Shown here: positions 8,282 to 17,859 of the stretch, piece after piece
How the letters are laid out: the number at the start of each line of letters is the position of its first letter
Numbering within the stretch: the stretch's first letter is position 1
Source of the DNA: an uncultured virus (IMG/VR IMGVR_UViG_3300037471_001331)
Taxonomy: Duplodnaviria; Heunggongvirae; Uroviricota; Caudoviricetes
Reading direction: 5' to 3' (one strand)
Virus record (IMG/VR): IMGVR_UViG_3300037471_001331
DNA length: 64,000 nt
Made by a program: the position numbers and the translations under genes
Notes under the pieces: generated by a model
The model's input: the letters and a program-made list of their open reading frames with translations, nothing else
Database searches by the model: none
What the model was told of the DNA's origin: nothing

Positions 8282-8897
8282 AAATCACCTCAAAGCCAAT
8301 GAGGGTGAAGCGAGCCTTGCCGGTCGCGCAGCAGCCGTGACCGAACCCGGTCACGCCGGGGAAGGTGAAGCCGACGCGATCGGCGTTCTCGAGCGCGTCC
8401 TTGAAGTCTTCCGGATCGTCGAATGCGTTGGAGCGCTCGACCGCAGTCCACCGCTCATTGAACATCGCGAATATCTCGAACTCGCCAGGGGCAAGGGCAT
8501 TGATCCCGTTGAAGGTCGCCCACCAGCGATAGCTTTCGAACTTGCCGGCACCGCTCCAGTCGTCGCCCTTGCGCTGGAAGTAGAGCACCGGATCCTCACC
8601 ACCGGTCCCCGGGGCGGGCTTTCCATCCTGCATCAGCAGAAATCGAACGCCGGGGTCGGCCTCGAGGCGATAGCGAAGCCGGAGGCCCTTGGCCTTGCTC
8701 AGGTCACCGCACGCCCTCGTGACGTAGTGGACGCTGTTCGGCGCCACCGGAAAGTCGAACGAGCCGTCGGGCTCGACCTTGGTCCCGTAATCGTCACCGT
8801 CCGTGATCGCGGTCCAGCCTGACGGCATGCGATCGCGAAAGTGGCGGTAAGTGAGCGCCGCGACGATCAAGAGCGCGACAGCGGCCAGATAGATCAC
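8271..8897 (-). CDS. Hypothetical protein with N-terminal membrane anchor
   Basis: GTG start coupled to the upstream stop; MIYLAAVALLIVAAL then a beta-rich domain. Confidence 0.7.
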   Translation of the reverse strand: MIYLAAVALLIVAALTYRHFRDRMPSGWTAITDGDDYGTKVEPDGSFDFPVAPNSVHYVTRACGDLSKAKGLRLRYRLEADPGVRFLLMQDGKPAPGTGGEDPVLYFQRKGDDWSGAGKFESYRWWATFNGINALAPGEFEIFAMFNERWTAVERSNAFDDPEDFKDALENADRVGFTFPGVTGFGHGCCATGKARFTLIGFEVIYAD

Positions 8898-9487
8898 GCG
8901 GGCGTCACCTCGTAGAAGACGCCGTCCCGTGCGCTGAACAGGCGCTTCAGCTGGATGACGCAGTCGTAGAGGGCGTTGTGCGCGTCGCCCGGGTGGGTGA
9001 GCCAGGACATGTCGGGCTCGTCGGGCTTGCCGAAGAGACCGGCTTGGAACGAGCGGAGGTCGCGCGCCTGGTGGAAGGCGAACGGCATCGGCAGGTTGTA
9101 CTGCGCCATGTACGACTGGATGAACCACCAGTCGAAGCTGCCGCGGCTCCAGAAGCGGAGCCGGCCGGCGTCGATGATGTAGCGATGGAACGCCTCGACC
9201 ACCGGCTGCGGCTCTTCGCTCTTGGCCACGATGCCCTGGAGGATCCCCGGCTTCTGCTGCCCCCACCACTGGCGAGTGCTTTCGTCCCAATAGCGATTGG
9301 CCGGCATCGCAAGGCTGCGATTGAAGGTCGGGCCGATGTCGCCCGTCTCGTAGTTGAACTGGATCGCTGCCAGCTGGATCATCGCGTTGTGGTAGGGGTC
9401 CGTGCCCGTCGTCTCGATGTCGACCATGACGTCGGTCATGGGCGCGTCGGAGAGGCGGGCCGGGAACAGCAGGTCGGTGAGCTTCAT
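8894..9487 (-). CDS. DEDDh 3'-5' exonuclease
   Basis: VMVDIETTG, SFDW, HNALYDC motifs. Confidence 0.88.
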   Translation of the reverse strand: MKLTDLLFPARLSDAPMTDVMVDIETTGTDPYHNAMIQLAAIQFNYETGDIGPTFNRSLAMPANRYWDESTRQWWGQQKPGILQGIVAKSEEPQPVVEAFHRYIIDAGRLRFWSRGSFDWWFIQSYMAQYNLPMPFAFHQARDLRSFQAGLFGKPDEPDMSWLTHPGDAHNALYDCVIQLKRLFSARDGVFYEVTPA

Positions 9488-9885
9488 CAGCGCACGACCT
9501 CGGCCGAGCCATTTTGAACGAACTGGCGAGCTTCAAACAAGGAAACCCCGCTCCCGACTGTGAGCTCTTCGCCGGCCGGGTGGTGCCCGAAATCCTTGAG
9601 CAGCCGGATCTTGAAGCTGCGCTCGACCGCACCGTTCTGCTCCATGCAGGCGACACCGAGGGCCGTGATCTTGCGGACCAGATCGAGGATCTTCGGTGTG
9701 GCTTCGACGCCCCAGGTGCGCGACGCGACCGTCTTCGCCTCACGGAGGTAATCGTCGATGTAGAGCAGATATTCGGTCGGCGTGTGATAGCCGTCGGTCT
9801 CGCTGGTGAGGGCGAGCGTGTCTTGATATTCGCGTTCGCCGCCGATCACGGCGAACACCTCATCCAGGGTCAGGATGGTTTCCAT
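9487..9885 (-). CDS. Hypothetical protein, possible MazG-like helical fold
   Basis: EREYQD...VRKITALGVACMEQNG pattern. Confidence 0.55.
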   Translation of the reverse strand: METILTLDEVFAVIGGEREYQDTLALTSETDGYHTPTEYLLYIDDYLREAKTVASRTWGVEATPKILDLVRKITALGVACMEQNGAVERSFKIRLLKDFGHHPAGEELTVGSGVSLFEARQFVQNGSAEVVR

Positions 9886-10286
9886 TCAGGTAGCTCCTCA
9901 AATTTGATGGACTTGGCTCCCGCGTTCACGGCGAGAGCGAACAACTCCTCGGTCATCAGGAACCATTGCCCGCGCCCGTAGGAGAAGATGTAGAAGTCGT
10001 AGCGACCACCGATCGCGGCCATCCTCAGCGCCTTCGCGCGCTGCGCCGGCCGGATGTCGGCGAACGGAAAGCTCGTCGCCGACTGGCAGGACTTGACCTC
10101 CGCGTAGAAGGTCTCACGGCACTTGGTGACGAGGTAGTCGCTGGGTTTCGGGAAGTCCCCGACCGCACGCCCGCCGTTCAAACCGCGGAGCATCTTCTGG
10201 TCGGGGAAACGGTAGAGATCGTCGGCCTTGATCAGCTTCTCGAAAGCCTCCTCGGCCGCGGTGCCGTCATTCTTCCTCGGGGCCAT
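9870..10286 (-). CDS. PD-(D/E)XK nuclease, probable Holliday junction resolvase
   Basis: AEEAF...PSDYLV...YAEVKS motif. Confidence 0.8.
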   Translation of the reverse strand: MAPRKNDGTAAEEAFEKLIKADDLYRFPDQKMLRGLNGGRAVGDFPKPSDYLVTKCRETFYAEVKSCQSATSFPFADIRPAQRAKALRMAAIGGRYDFYIFSYGRGQWFLMTEELFALAVNAGAKSIKFEELPEWKPS

Positions 10287-10491
10287 TGTCGTTCGCGGCG
10301 TGGATGAACAGGACGGTCCAGGCGAGGCCGAGAACGATGAAGAGGCCGCGGCCGACAGGGCCGAACTCGGTCGGGTCGATCGTCAGGAATGCGAACGCAG
10401 GGATCACATAACAGACGGCCACGCCGACGAGGTAGATGACGAGCCCGGCGAAGGCGTAGGCCCAGGGCGGAAAGATATCGTCGTCGCGCAT
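10267..10491 (-). CDS. Small membrane protein
   Basis: Two hydrophobic helices, GAGG SD. Confidence 0.6.
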   Translation of the reverse strand: MRDDDIFPPWAYAFAGLVIYLVGVAVCYVIPAFAFLTIDPTEFGPVGRGLFIVLGLAWTVLFIHAANDNGPEEE

Positions 10492-10551
10492 GTGGTTCCT
10501 CGTGACTGTTGAGGAACCGCTGTAAGACGCGGGAGTCAGCGACGCCCGGGA

Positions 10552-10755
10552 TTAGGGAGAAGTGACTGGGTCACCTATCACTTCGGGCACCTCGGGGTCG
10601 TCCTTGCGGACGCCGGTGCCGAGCAGCACCCAGTGATCACCGGTCCAGAGGGCCGGCTCCCAGTCTTCGACGGCGTCGAGCTTAACCCAGTAGTAGCCTG
10701 GTTCTCGCGTCACAGAGAAAGGTTTACCGGAGATTTTCACCCGCCAGTCCGTCAC
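10552..10755 (-). CDS. Hypothetical protein
   Basis: GTGA-coupled to the polymerase; EPGYYWVK pattern. Confidence 0.6.
   Translation of the reverse strand: MTDWRVKISGKPFSVTREPGYYWVKLDAVEDWEPALWTGDHWVLLGTGVRKDDPEVPEVIGDPVTSP
10560..10576. promoter_or_regulatory. Operator-like palindrome, copy 4 (AAGTGACTGGGTCACCT)
   Basis: Consensus match at a gene 3' end. Confidence 0.7.
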
Positions 10756-13433
10756 GCGGCCACCTTAGCATCGGCCACGAACTCGATCACCCTCCGGACG
10801 ATGTCGTCGGGGAGCGGCTTGCCCTCGAGCTCGCAGTCGATCAGGCCCTCGATCGGCTCGGCTTCATCGAGCTCGATCTGGCTGAAGGCCGGGTTCTTGC
10901 TGTCGTAGGGCTTGAACGTGCGCCCGACGCTCACCGTGCAGTGCAGCGGCAGGCTCGTGACGATGTCCGGATGGTTGGTCTTGACCGCGCGCAGGACCGG
11001 GATGAATTCCGGCGCCAGGTCGCGGTGAACCGACCAGACCGTCTCGTCGTGGATCGGCATCATGAACCGCCCGCGACCACCCGGCCGCTGGCTCTCGGCG
11101 ACGTAGTTGGCCCAGCCCCTCCGCTCGATCTCGGCGCGCATGTTGATCACCGAGCGCTTGGCGAGCGTTGAGCAGGTCCCCTGGATCTTCGCGTTCACGG
11201 CCTGGTTCTTGGCGCGGCTCTGGATGCGGCGAATGGCGAGCTCGGCGTAGGCGAGCATGCCGGGGCTGGCGGAGATGTCGGCGAACTTGCGCGTCATGCA
11301 GGTCGCCCACGAGGGCGTCGCCTCGAGCCGTACCCGACGGTGATGGTCGGGCAGCTCGACGAAGCCGAATTCGACGGCCTCGTTCTGTGTCCCGACACGC
11401 CACTGCTCGGCGAGCGGGAAGCGCGAGCGATAGCGATCGACCGCCTGCCACATCTCGTCCGTCGACCAGCCAAGGTTCATGCCCACCGTCGAAAGCGAGC
11501 CCGAGTACCAGTAGTTGAAGTTGGCACCCTTGCCGACTGGCGTGCCGCGGGTCAGCTTGTAGAAGGACTTCGGGTCCATCTCCTGGCCGGTGAAGATGTG
11601 GACGAGCCGGCGGTTGTTCGGGTTCCGGCCGAACTTGAATTCGCGATACTCTTCCTCGGTCAGGCCGGGAAGCGTCTTGACGCCCAGGCAGTCAGCCGCG
11701 GCGCCGGTATGAAGGTCTCCGTAAGGAATCTGGCCGAAGACCTCACGGAAGCCATGGTCGCCCGACATGTCTCCGATGAGCACCAGCTCCACTGAGCTCC
11801 AATCCGCGGAGATGACGACATGATCCACCTCGTCGGGCAGGTAGAAGCCTCGGACATATTTGCTCTCCGAATATTTGCTGAGCGCCATGACGTTGGGGAA
11901 CGAGCAGGCCATGCGCCGCGTCGCCAGTTCCGAGCTGATGTTCGGATAGACGTGGTGCGTCTCGGGATCCATCAGCTGGCTGTAGGGCGTCAGGTAGAGC
12001 TTCATGGTCTGCTCGACGTCCGCCAGCCGCTGATAGGCCTTCAACACCGCCTGGGCACGCTCGTCGCCGGCCTTCTCGGCCTTGATCAGCATCTTGCCGC
12101 GCGCTTCCTTGTCCGACGTGATCTCGCCTTCGCTGTAGACCAGCGGCAGGCCCATCAAGTCGTGCAGGATCACTCGCATGCCCTGGTAGTAGACCGGGTT
12201 CAGCAGGTTCTTCGGAAGCGCGACACCGCACTCGTCGGCCCAGGCGTTGCCGACCGGGTTCGAGCACTGGGTGCATTGCTCGAAATCGTTGGCACTATCC
12301 GGGGATAGCGCCCAGTTTATGATGCGCTCGCGGATGCGCTTCCAGTTCGCACCGCCGGGCCCGACGTACCACTTGGCCTGCTTGTCCATGAGCTTCTCGT
12401 TCGGCTCGTCGGGGAACGGCAGGTAGCTGGCGATCAGCGGCTTAAACTCGCGCAGGATCTGCGCCATGTTCGCCCGCTCGGCGTCGCGCTTGGCGGTCAC
12501 CTCTTCCGAGTTGAGGCGAAGCCCGTCGCGCCAGCAGTCGGCGAAGACGCGGACCATCGGGTTCTCTTGCGTGAGGAAGGTCTGCAGCAGCCGCGGGTTG
12601 GTCTGGAGCAGGCTGTCCTTCAGCTGGTGGAAGACGCGCACCGCCCAATAGGCGTCGTCGGCGCCGTAACTGACGACCTGGTCGCCGGTGAGCTGGCCCA
12701 TGTGGGTTGCGCCGGCTGCTTTCAGCACCTCGTCGTAGGTGACCATCTGGTAGCCGAACAGGCTCTTGACCAGCTTCTTGAGGCTGTAGCCGAAGGCGAT
12801 CTCGCTGACGAAGCCGTTGTACGAATGGGCGGCGGTCGAGGTCTTGCCGGTGAACAGACCCAGGAGCTCGGCCTGCTCGCTCGTCAGGCTCCGGCCGCGG
12901 GTCTCCGGGTCGTAGTTGGCGAAGGCCTGCTCGATCCGCTTGCGAAACTTGGCGATGTGCGTGAGCGGCTGGGCGAAGAAGAGCTGCGGGTCATATTCGT
13001 CGGGACCGTGGTGGCTGACGGCCATCTGCATCGTGCAGATCACCGACTTCAGGACGACGCCCAGGCACTGCTCGAACATCACATATTCGAACGCCGCGTT
13101 GTGGGCGATCGTCAGGCAATTCTCCGGCACCTGGCTGAGCAGGATGTCGGCCTTGCGTCGCGGGAGCCGGTTCTCGACGTCGGCGTGGGCGAGGTTGACG
13201 TACCAGGCGGTGTCGCTCCCGTCCTTGTAGAACGAGAAGCCGGTCATGGTCGTGCGGCGGTGATCGAACACCCACCGCTTCTTGTTGCGGTAGGACTGGA
13301 TGCCGGCGTGCGCCGTCTCCTCGTCCGTCGTCTCGCAGTCGAGGCCGAGGATTTCGGCCGACGCGATCTCGGCAACGGCGCGCTGGAAGTCCTCGTCCGA
13401 GGACCGCGCGTCGAGCAGCATCGAGCGGATCAT
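10752..13433 (-). CDS. DNA polymerase family A with 3'-5' exonuclease domain
   Basis: Exo I LDCET, Exo II HNAAFE, Exo III YGADDA; motif A SADWSSVELV, motif B KGANFNYWY, motif C IHDE. Confidence 0.93.
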   Translation of the reverse strand: MIRSMLLDARSSDEDFQRAVAEIASAEILGLDCETTDEETAHAGIQSYRNKKRWVFDHRRTTMTGFSFYKDGSDTAWYVNLAHADVENRLPRRKADILLSQVPENCLTIAHNAAFEYVMFEQCLGVVLKSVICTMQMAVSHHGPDEYDPQLFFAQPLTHIAKFRKRIEQAFANYDPETRGRSLTSEQAELLGLFTGKTSTAAHSYNGFVSEIAFGYSLKKLVKSLFGYQMVTYDEVLKAAGATHMGQLTGDQVVSYGADDAYWAVRVFHQLKDSLLQTNPRLLQTFLTQENPMVRVFADCWRDGLRLNSEEVTAKRDAERANMAQILREFKPLIASYLPFPDEPNEKLMDKQAKWYVGPGGANWKRIRERIINWALSPDSANDFEQCTQCSNPVGNAWADECGVALPKNLLNPVYYQGMRVILHDLMGLPLVYSEGEITSDKEARGKMLIKAEKAGDERAQAVLKAYQRLADVEQTMKLYLTPYSQLMDPETHHVYPNISSELATRRMACSFPNVMALSKYSESKYVRGFYLPDEVDHVVISADWSSVELVLIGDMSGDHGFREVFGQIPYGDLHTGAAADCLGVKTLPGLTEEEYREFKFGRNPNNRRLVHIFTGQEMDPKSFYKLTRGTPVGKGANFNYWYSGSLSTVGMNLGWSTDEMWQAVDRYRSRFPLAEQWRVGTQNEAVEFGFVELPDHHRRVRLEATPSWATCMTRKFADISASPGMLAYAELAIRRIQSRAKNQAVNAKIQGTCSTLAKRSVINMRAEIERRGWANYVAESQRPGGRGRFMMPIHDETVWSVHRDLAPEFIPVLRAVKTNHPDIVTSLPLHCTVSVGRTFKPYDSKNPAFSQIELDEAEPIEGLIDCELEGKPLPDDIVRRVIEFVADAKVAA

Positions 13434-13660
13434 CGTGCGTGTTCCTCGGCGTTGTAGGCGGCGAGATATTTCTCGTAGAGCTCTTCGATCGTCTGCTGGA
13501 CGTTCTCGATCTCTTCGACGGGCTCGAGGCGGTTGGAGACCACCACGTTCGCGACCATCGTGCAGATCATGTTGATCAGCGGGAAGGTGATGTCCCCGAG
13601 CGTGGCGCCGCCTTCCGCTTTCTCGCGGACGGCTTGTTCAATGATTTCAGCGTAGGTCAG
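13430..13660 (-). CDS. Hypothetical 76-aa protein with CTG start
   Basis: Open frame LTYAEIIEQAVREK...EEHAR fills the gap; GGAGG SD; CTGA and ATGA coupling with both neighbours. Confidence 0.65.
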   Translation of the reverse strand: MTYAEIIEQAVREKAEGGATLGDITFPLINMICTMVANVVVSNRLEPVEEIENVQQTIEELYEKYLAAYNAEEHAR

Positions 13661-14439
13661 AGGAAGAACCTCCGGAAAAGGGAGTCAGCGGCCTCGCGAT
13701 TGAGGACGCCTTTCTTGATGCCGGCGTCGAGCTCGGCTTCGGGGACAGGCAGGAACCGGGTGACGGCAAGCGCACGACGCGCCTCCTTGCGATTCTCAGA
13801 GTTGAGCAAAAGATTGCGTGGCCGCGTCGGCAGCGGCAGCTGCGGGATGATCCCCGCGTCATCTTCTTCGATCGCGCGAAGCAGCTTCTTGCGATCGGGC
13901 GGCGTCAGGGCGTTCCAGCTCTTGGGGCCGAAGCCCGGGACGCCCTTGATGTTGTCGGAGGGGTCTCCGACGAGCGCCTTGTATAGAGGGATGTGGTGCG
14001 GCTCGCAATTGGGCACGGCCTGCATGCGGATGCCGTCGATCGTCACATTGGAGTACGACATCAGCTGCCAGTAATCGAGGTCGTTGGTGTGGACCGTGAC
14101 CTTGATCGGATCCTTCCGGCTGGCAAAGCGGTGGACCAGCGAGCCGATCACGTCGTCCGCTTCCCAGCCGTCGCACTCGACCTGGAAGGCGTTGGAATGA
14201 GCCAGCGCCTCGCGGAACACACCGATCTGCGCGAAGCGATCCTCGCCCATCGGCGTGCGGTTGGCCTTGTAGTCAGGGTAGAGGACCTGTCGGCGGAGAT
14301 TATGGTTGCGTCCGTCCCAGCACCACAGGTGCATGCCCGTGTTGCTGATCTCGTAGCGTCGGCGCAGGCCGATCCGCTCATGCCCGACCTTGTCCAGGTC
14401 GCGGAGCATGACGTTGTTACCGTCGTAGAGGTGGATCAT
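13657..14439 (-). CDS. 5'-3' exonuclease / flap endonuclease
   Basis: YDGNN, YKANR, EADD, DLD, GDPSDNIKGVPGFGPK (H3TH). Confidence 0.93.
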   Translation of the reverse strand: MIHLYDGNNVMLRDLDKVGHERIGLRRRYEISNTGMHLWCWDGRNHNLRRQVLYPDYKANRTPMGEDRFAQIGVFREALAHSNAFQVECDGWEADDVIGSLVHRFASRKDPIKVTVHTNDLDYWQLMSYSNVTIDGIRMQAVPNCEPHHIPLYKALVGDPSDNIKGVPGFGPKSWNALTPPDRKKLLRAIEEDDAGIIPQLPLPTRPRNLLLNSENRKEARRALAVTRFLPVPEAELDAGIKKGVLNREAADSLFRRFFL

Positions 14440-14774
14440 TCCGGTGCGATCTCTCGCTTGAGACGCTCAACGGCGTCGAAGAATGCTGCGTCTTCCCGGA
14501 GCAGCTTGCGAGCGCTCGGAAGACCCTTGGCGAGGGAAGTGTGATCGGCCTGGCCGAGAAGGTCGGTCGCGATCGAATTGATGCTCCAGCCGGCCACGTC
14601 GGCCAGCGCGATTGCAAGCGCCCAGCGGGCGCGAGTGATGTTGCCGTTTCGCCTTTTCGGGTTCGTCACCGTCCCCTCGGGGATGTCGAACCAATTCTCC
14701 GCGAAAGAAACGAGGCGGGCGCCGAGCGCCCGCCTCGCGTTGGCGGTCATGGGGGAGGGGGACGAGACCGCCAA
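14436..14774 (-). CDS. DnaA C-terminal (domain IV)-like HTH protein
   Basis: RRNGNITRARWALAI...WSINSIA..LLGQADHTSL resembles DnaA domain IV (R..I..ARQIAMY...SL..IG..FGGRDHTTV). Confidence 0.7.
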   Translation of the reverse strand: MAVSSPSPMTANARRALGARLVSFAENWFDIPEGTVTNPKRRNGNITRARWALAIALADVAGWSINSIATDLLGQADHTSLAKGLPSARKLLREDAAFFDAVERLKREIAPE

Positions 14775-14780
14775 CAGACC

Positions 14781-15473
14781 TTAGCCCTCGATCAGCTCGA
14801 AGTTCAGGACGCCCCATTCGTACGAGCCCTTGGTCTTCTGCTCGTGGACGAGCTTGACCTTGACCGTCGAATTGAGCAGCGCCGGGTTCTGCGCCCGGAG
14901 CTTCTTCATGAACGCCTGGAACGGCTTGAAGCCGGTCACGGCCGGCGTGTAGCCGACGCGGGTGCCCGCTTCGATCTTGACGCTCGAGCCCTTCTTCGGA
15001 TCCTCGATGTCCTCGAGGAGCGTGACCGGGATCTCGGCCGACTGGTAGACGCCGCTCGGCTTCGCGCCGATGCGGGTCAGGCGATCGACTTCCGCCTGGA
15101 AGTTCTTCGCATCCGACGTGCTGACGCCATCGTAGCTCTTGATGAACTGGATGGTGCCGCCGACTTCGACACGGAACGAATAGATCGGCGTGACCTCGCT
15201 GAGGTCGATCTCGACGATCGCTTCCTCGATGAGGCCCTGCATGGTGTCGCCGATCTTGAAGCCGGTCGGCTTCACGCGGAAATACTCGTCGACGTCCATG
15301 CCGCCGCCGTCGATGAAGCTGTCCATCGTCGGCTTGGCAAGGGTCACGTTCGAGTTCGCGGCAGGGGCCGGAACAAGATTGGGGGCGTTGCCCGGGAGCG
15401 GCACCAGGGTGCCGGCGCGGGCTTCGGCCTCGGCCATGACATTATCGAGAGCAGATGCTGGATTGGTAGCCAT
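14781..15473 (-). CDS. Hypothetical replication protein, possible ssDNA-binding protein
   Basis: Strong codon bias and AGGAAA SD; beta-rich; lies between helicase and nucleases. Function inferred from context only. Confidence 0.55.
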   Translation of the reverse strand: MATNPASALDNVMAEAEARAGTLVPLPGNAPNLVPAPAANSNVTLAKPTMDSFIDGGGMDVDEYFRVKPTGFKIGDTMQGLIEEAIVEIDLSEVTPIYSFRVEVGGTIQFIKSYDGVSTSDAKNFQAEVDRLTRIGAKPSGVYQSAEIPVTLLEDIEDPKKGSSVKIEAGTRVGYTPAVTGFKPFQAFMKKLRAQNPALLNSTVKVKLVHEQKTKGSYEWGVLNFELIEG

Positions 15474-15557
15474 AATCGTTTCTGTTTCCTTCTATGGGCA
15501 CAATTGCCCGTCGATCTCTTTGAGACCGAAACGTGAGATTTTCTAAGGTTTACAGAG

Positions 15558-15574
15558 AAGTGACTGAGTCACTT
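15558..15574. promoter_or_regulatory. Operator-like palindrome, copy 5 (AAGTGACTGAGTCACTT)
   Basis: Perfect consensus immediately after the helicase stop. Confidence 0.85.
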
Positions 15575-15575
15575 G

Positions 15576-17210
15576 TTACCAAAAGGCGAGAACCTTGCGG
15601 GTCTCGTCTACGCGATTAGCGAGCTGTGACTTGCTCGCGAGGATGTCGAGCTTCCGGAAGTCTACCGAAGCTCTGTAAACCAGCGAGCTCACCCGCAACG
15701 TCGTGGTGCGAGTGCCTCGGCTGGCACGGCGGTAAGCCTGGAGGAAATTGACGTCCTTATAGTCCCAGGAGACGCCGATGACGTGATCGGCTCGCTCCCA
15801 ATTATAGCCCACGGCCACGGTTGGGCCGGAGCCGACGATGGCGTCCAGACGTCCGTTGCGGAAGTCCAGATCGATCGCGTTCCGCTCATTGAGCAAAACG
15901 GAATTGTTGATGAGCCCGACCTTCAGGCCCACCTCTTCAAGACGCTGAACGCAGCGCTCCTGTTCCGGAACCGCCGCGGAGAAGACGAGGATCGGCCGGC
16001 CCTCGCAGGCGTATTCCATCAGACGCCGGTCCTTCTCGGTCATCTCGCCAACGCAGATGCCCATGGTCTCGGGGTGCGCCATGATCTGGCACGCCCTGAT
16101 CGTCGCAACGCCCGCCAGCGAGCCGTCGAGCACGTCGCCGTTCTGGAGCTCGAGCATCGCCTGCTCGTGGAAGACGTCGTAGGCCTTGCGCTGGTCGGGC
16201 AGCATCTCGAGCGTAGTCTGCTCGATCGGCGTGAAGTAGACCGGCTCCTTGCCGTAGACGCTCTCGAAGTCGCGGCGCACGGTGTGCCGCTCGAGGATCG
16301 CCTTCAGCTTCGCCTCGTTCTTCCAGCTCTCGACCTTGCCGTAGTCGTTGATCCAGGCGGCGTGCTCGTCGACGAAGCCGGAATAGCCACCGTAGTAGCG
16401 TGGCTCGATCGCGTGGACGAGCGGGAAGGCGCTGTCGAGGCGACCGTCGACCAACGTGCCGGTCATTGCGAACAGGCCCTGGCAGTGGTTGGCGACGTGG
16501 TAGAAGCTGATCGTCTGCTCCGAGCTCGGCGTTCCGTAACCCATGTGGAACTCGTCGATGCCGAAGCCGCCGATCGTCGGGATCGTGCGGAGCAACCGCT
16601 CGTAGTGGTTCCGCAGGAACGCGAAGGTGCAGATGAAGACCTTCGCCTCCTTGTTGGCGGCGATCAGGTCCTTCGCCACCTCCGGCTCGAGGATCTTCTC
16701 CTTGAGCGGCTTCCCGTCGGGGCCCTTGTGGGTCCGGACAAGCGTGCCCTCCGGCCGGTTCGCCGCCCACGGCACCTTCTTGCCGAGCGGGCGGTAGCCG
16801 AGCTCGTTGTCGTACTCGATCAGCGTCTGGTCACGCAGCTCGTAGCTGTTGGTCAGCTTCGGCGTGCCGTCGAGCGTCCACACCCTGTAGGCGTGGATCT
16901 TCTTGAAGCGCTCGAACGTCGGGCCCGTCCAGTCCTTGGTGAGCGCCGCATGGTCGCTCTCCATGATGACGACGTCGTCCTCGGTGAAGTCGGTGAAGCG
17001 AAGCAGCTCCTCGCGGTTCTTCTTCATCAGCGACTTCGGCATCGCCCACACCGTCCGCCAGCCCTTGCGCGTCCACCAGTAGTAGAAGAGCACGCAGGCC
17101 GTCGGCGTCTTGCCGGTGCCGGGGTCGTTCAGGTTCCCGGACTTGGGGTTGGCGATGGCAAAGGCGAGGTCTTCGAACTGGTCGGGGCGAAGGGTCGGCT
17201 TCTCGCTCAT
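15576..17210 (-). CDS. SF2 (SNF2-like) DNA helicase
   Basis: DPGTGKT, DEFH, TGT, VGYN, QAYRRASR motifs. Confidence 0.9.
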   Translation of the reverse strand: MSEKPTLRPDQFEDLAFAIANPKSGNLNDPGTGKTPTACVLFYYWWTRKGWRTVWAMPKSLMKKNREELLRFTDFTEDDVVIMESDHAALTKDWTGPTFERFKKIHAYRVWTLDGTPKLTNSYELRDQTLIEYDNELGYRPLGKKVPWAANRPEGTLVRTHKGPDGKPLKEKILEPEVAKDLIAANKEAKVFICTFAFLRNHYERLLRTIPTIGGFGIDEFHMGYGTPSSEQTISFYHVANHCQGLFAMTGTLVDGRLDSAFPLVHAIEPRYYGGYSGFVDEHAAWINDYGKVESWKNEAKLKAILERHTVRRDFESVYGKEPVYFTPIEQTTLEMLPDQRKAYDVFHEQAMLELQNGDVLDGSLAGVATIRACQIMAHPETMGICVGEMTEKDRRLMEYACEGRPILVFSAAVPEQERCVQRLEEVGLKVGLINNSVLLNERNAIDLDFRNGRLDAIVGSGPTVAVGYNWERADHVIGVSWDYKDVNFLQAYRRASRGTRTTTLRVSSLVYRASVDFRKLDILASKSQLANRVDETRKVLAFW

Positions 17211-17368
17211 CGCTTGAACACCCACCATGGCCAGGTCAGGCCCCAGGTGATCGCGGTGACCAGGATTGAGGCGATGCTCATCGGATCGGGCACATGGTGC
17301 TTGATGTCACCGGCGTTCAGGGTCACGAGCACCGAGCCGGTGATGATGTAGAGGTCCACGAAGATCAT
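17207..17368 (-). CDS. Small membrane protein
   Basis: ATGA-coupled, hydrophobic. Confidence 0.5.
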   Translation of the reverse strand: MIFVDLYIITGSVLVTLNAGDIKHHVPDPMSIASILVTAITWGLTWPWWVFKR

Positions 17369-17859
17369 GCCGGCACCAGGACGCCTTGCTCGCGCGAGTA
17401 GTCCATGTATTTGGCGATCTTCTCGCGCTTCGCTTTGCACGGCTGCTGCGGCAGCAGCTCGCACCGCTCGACCAACTCGTCATGGACCGTCAGGAGATCG
17501 GTGAACTCCTGATCGATACGTTCAGCGTTGTCGAGCTCCTGGCCGGGCTGAACTTCGTCCATCCCGAAACGGAGAGCCTTACACACGCGCTGTGTGACCT
17601 CGGCGCATTCCTCGGCGAGCTGGATCAACAGGTACTGCTGCTCGGTGAGCCCCATCGCCGCAATCAGGATCTTGGCGCGGTGCTGGCGCTGAACCTCCTT
17701 CGCGTCCTCATAACGCATGCCCTCGCTGTGCGAGAGCAACTCCCCAGGCCAATTGACCTCGGGTTCCGCCTTGTTCGCATCGATGACGAACCAGACTTCG
17801 TCGACCTTATCGAGAATGATGTTGGTGGCGTAATCGAAGGCTCGAAGGATCTTATCCAT
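17365..17859 (-). CDS. MazG-like NTP pyrophosphohydrolase domain protein
   Basis: LAEECAEV..RVCKALRFG...EFTD motif. Confidence 0.7.
   Translation of the reverse strand: MDKILRAFDYATNIILDKVDEVWFVIDANKAEPEVNWPGELLSHSEGMRYEDAKEVQRQHRAKILIAAMGLTEQQYLLIQLAEECAEVTQRVCKALRFGMDEVQPGQELDNAERIDQEFTDLLTVHDELVERCELLPQQPCKAKREKIAKYMDYSREQGVLVPA

Noticed and set aside
8271..9743. 490-aa ORF as a single gene
   Set aside because: The upstream two-thirds overlap the exonuclease and its neighbour out of frame; the plausible gene starts at the GTG at 8897.
11660..11857. Overprinted genes in other T-rich patches (also 7318-7593, 15689-15889, 1672-1974)
   Set aside because: Ser/Arg/Pro-rich translations without a convincing SD or protein-like features, unlike the nrdJ case.
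16680..16930. Possible intein in the helicase (insert between motifs I and II)
   Set aside because: About 75 aa, with no Cys/Ser start, His-Asn end or LAGLIDADG motif; treated as an ordinary insertion.
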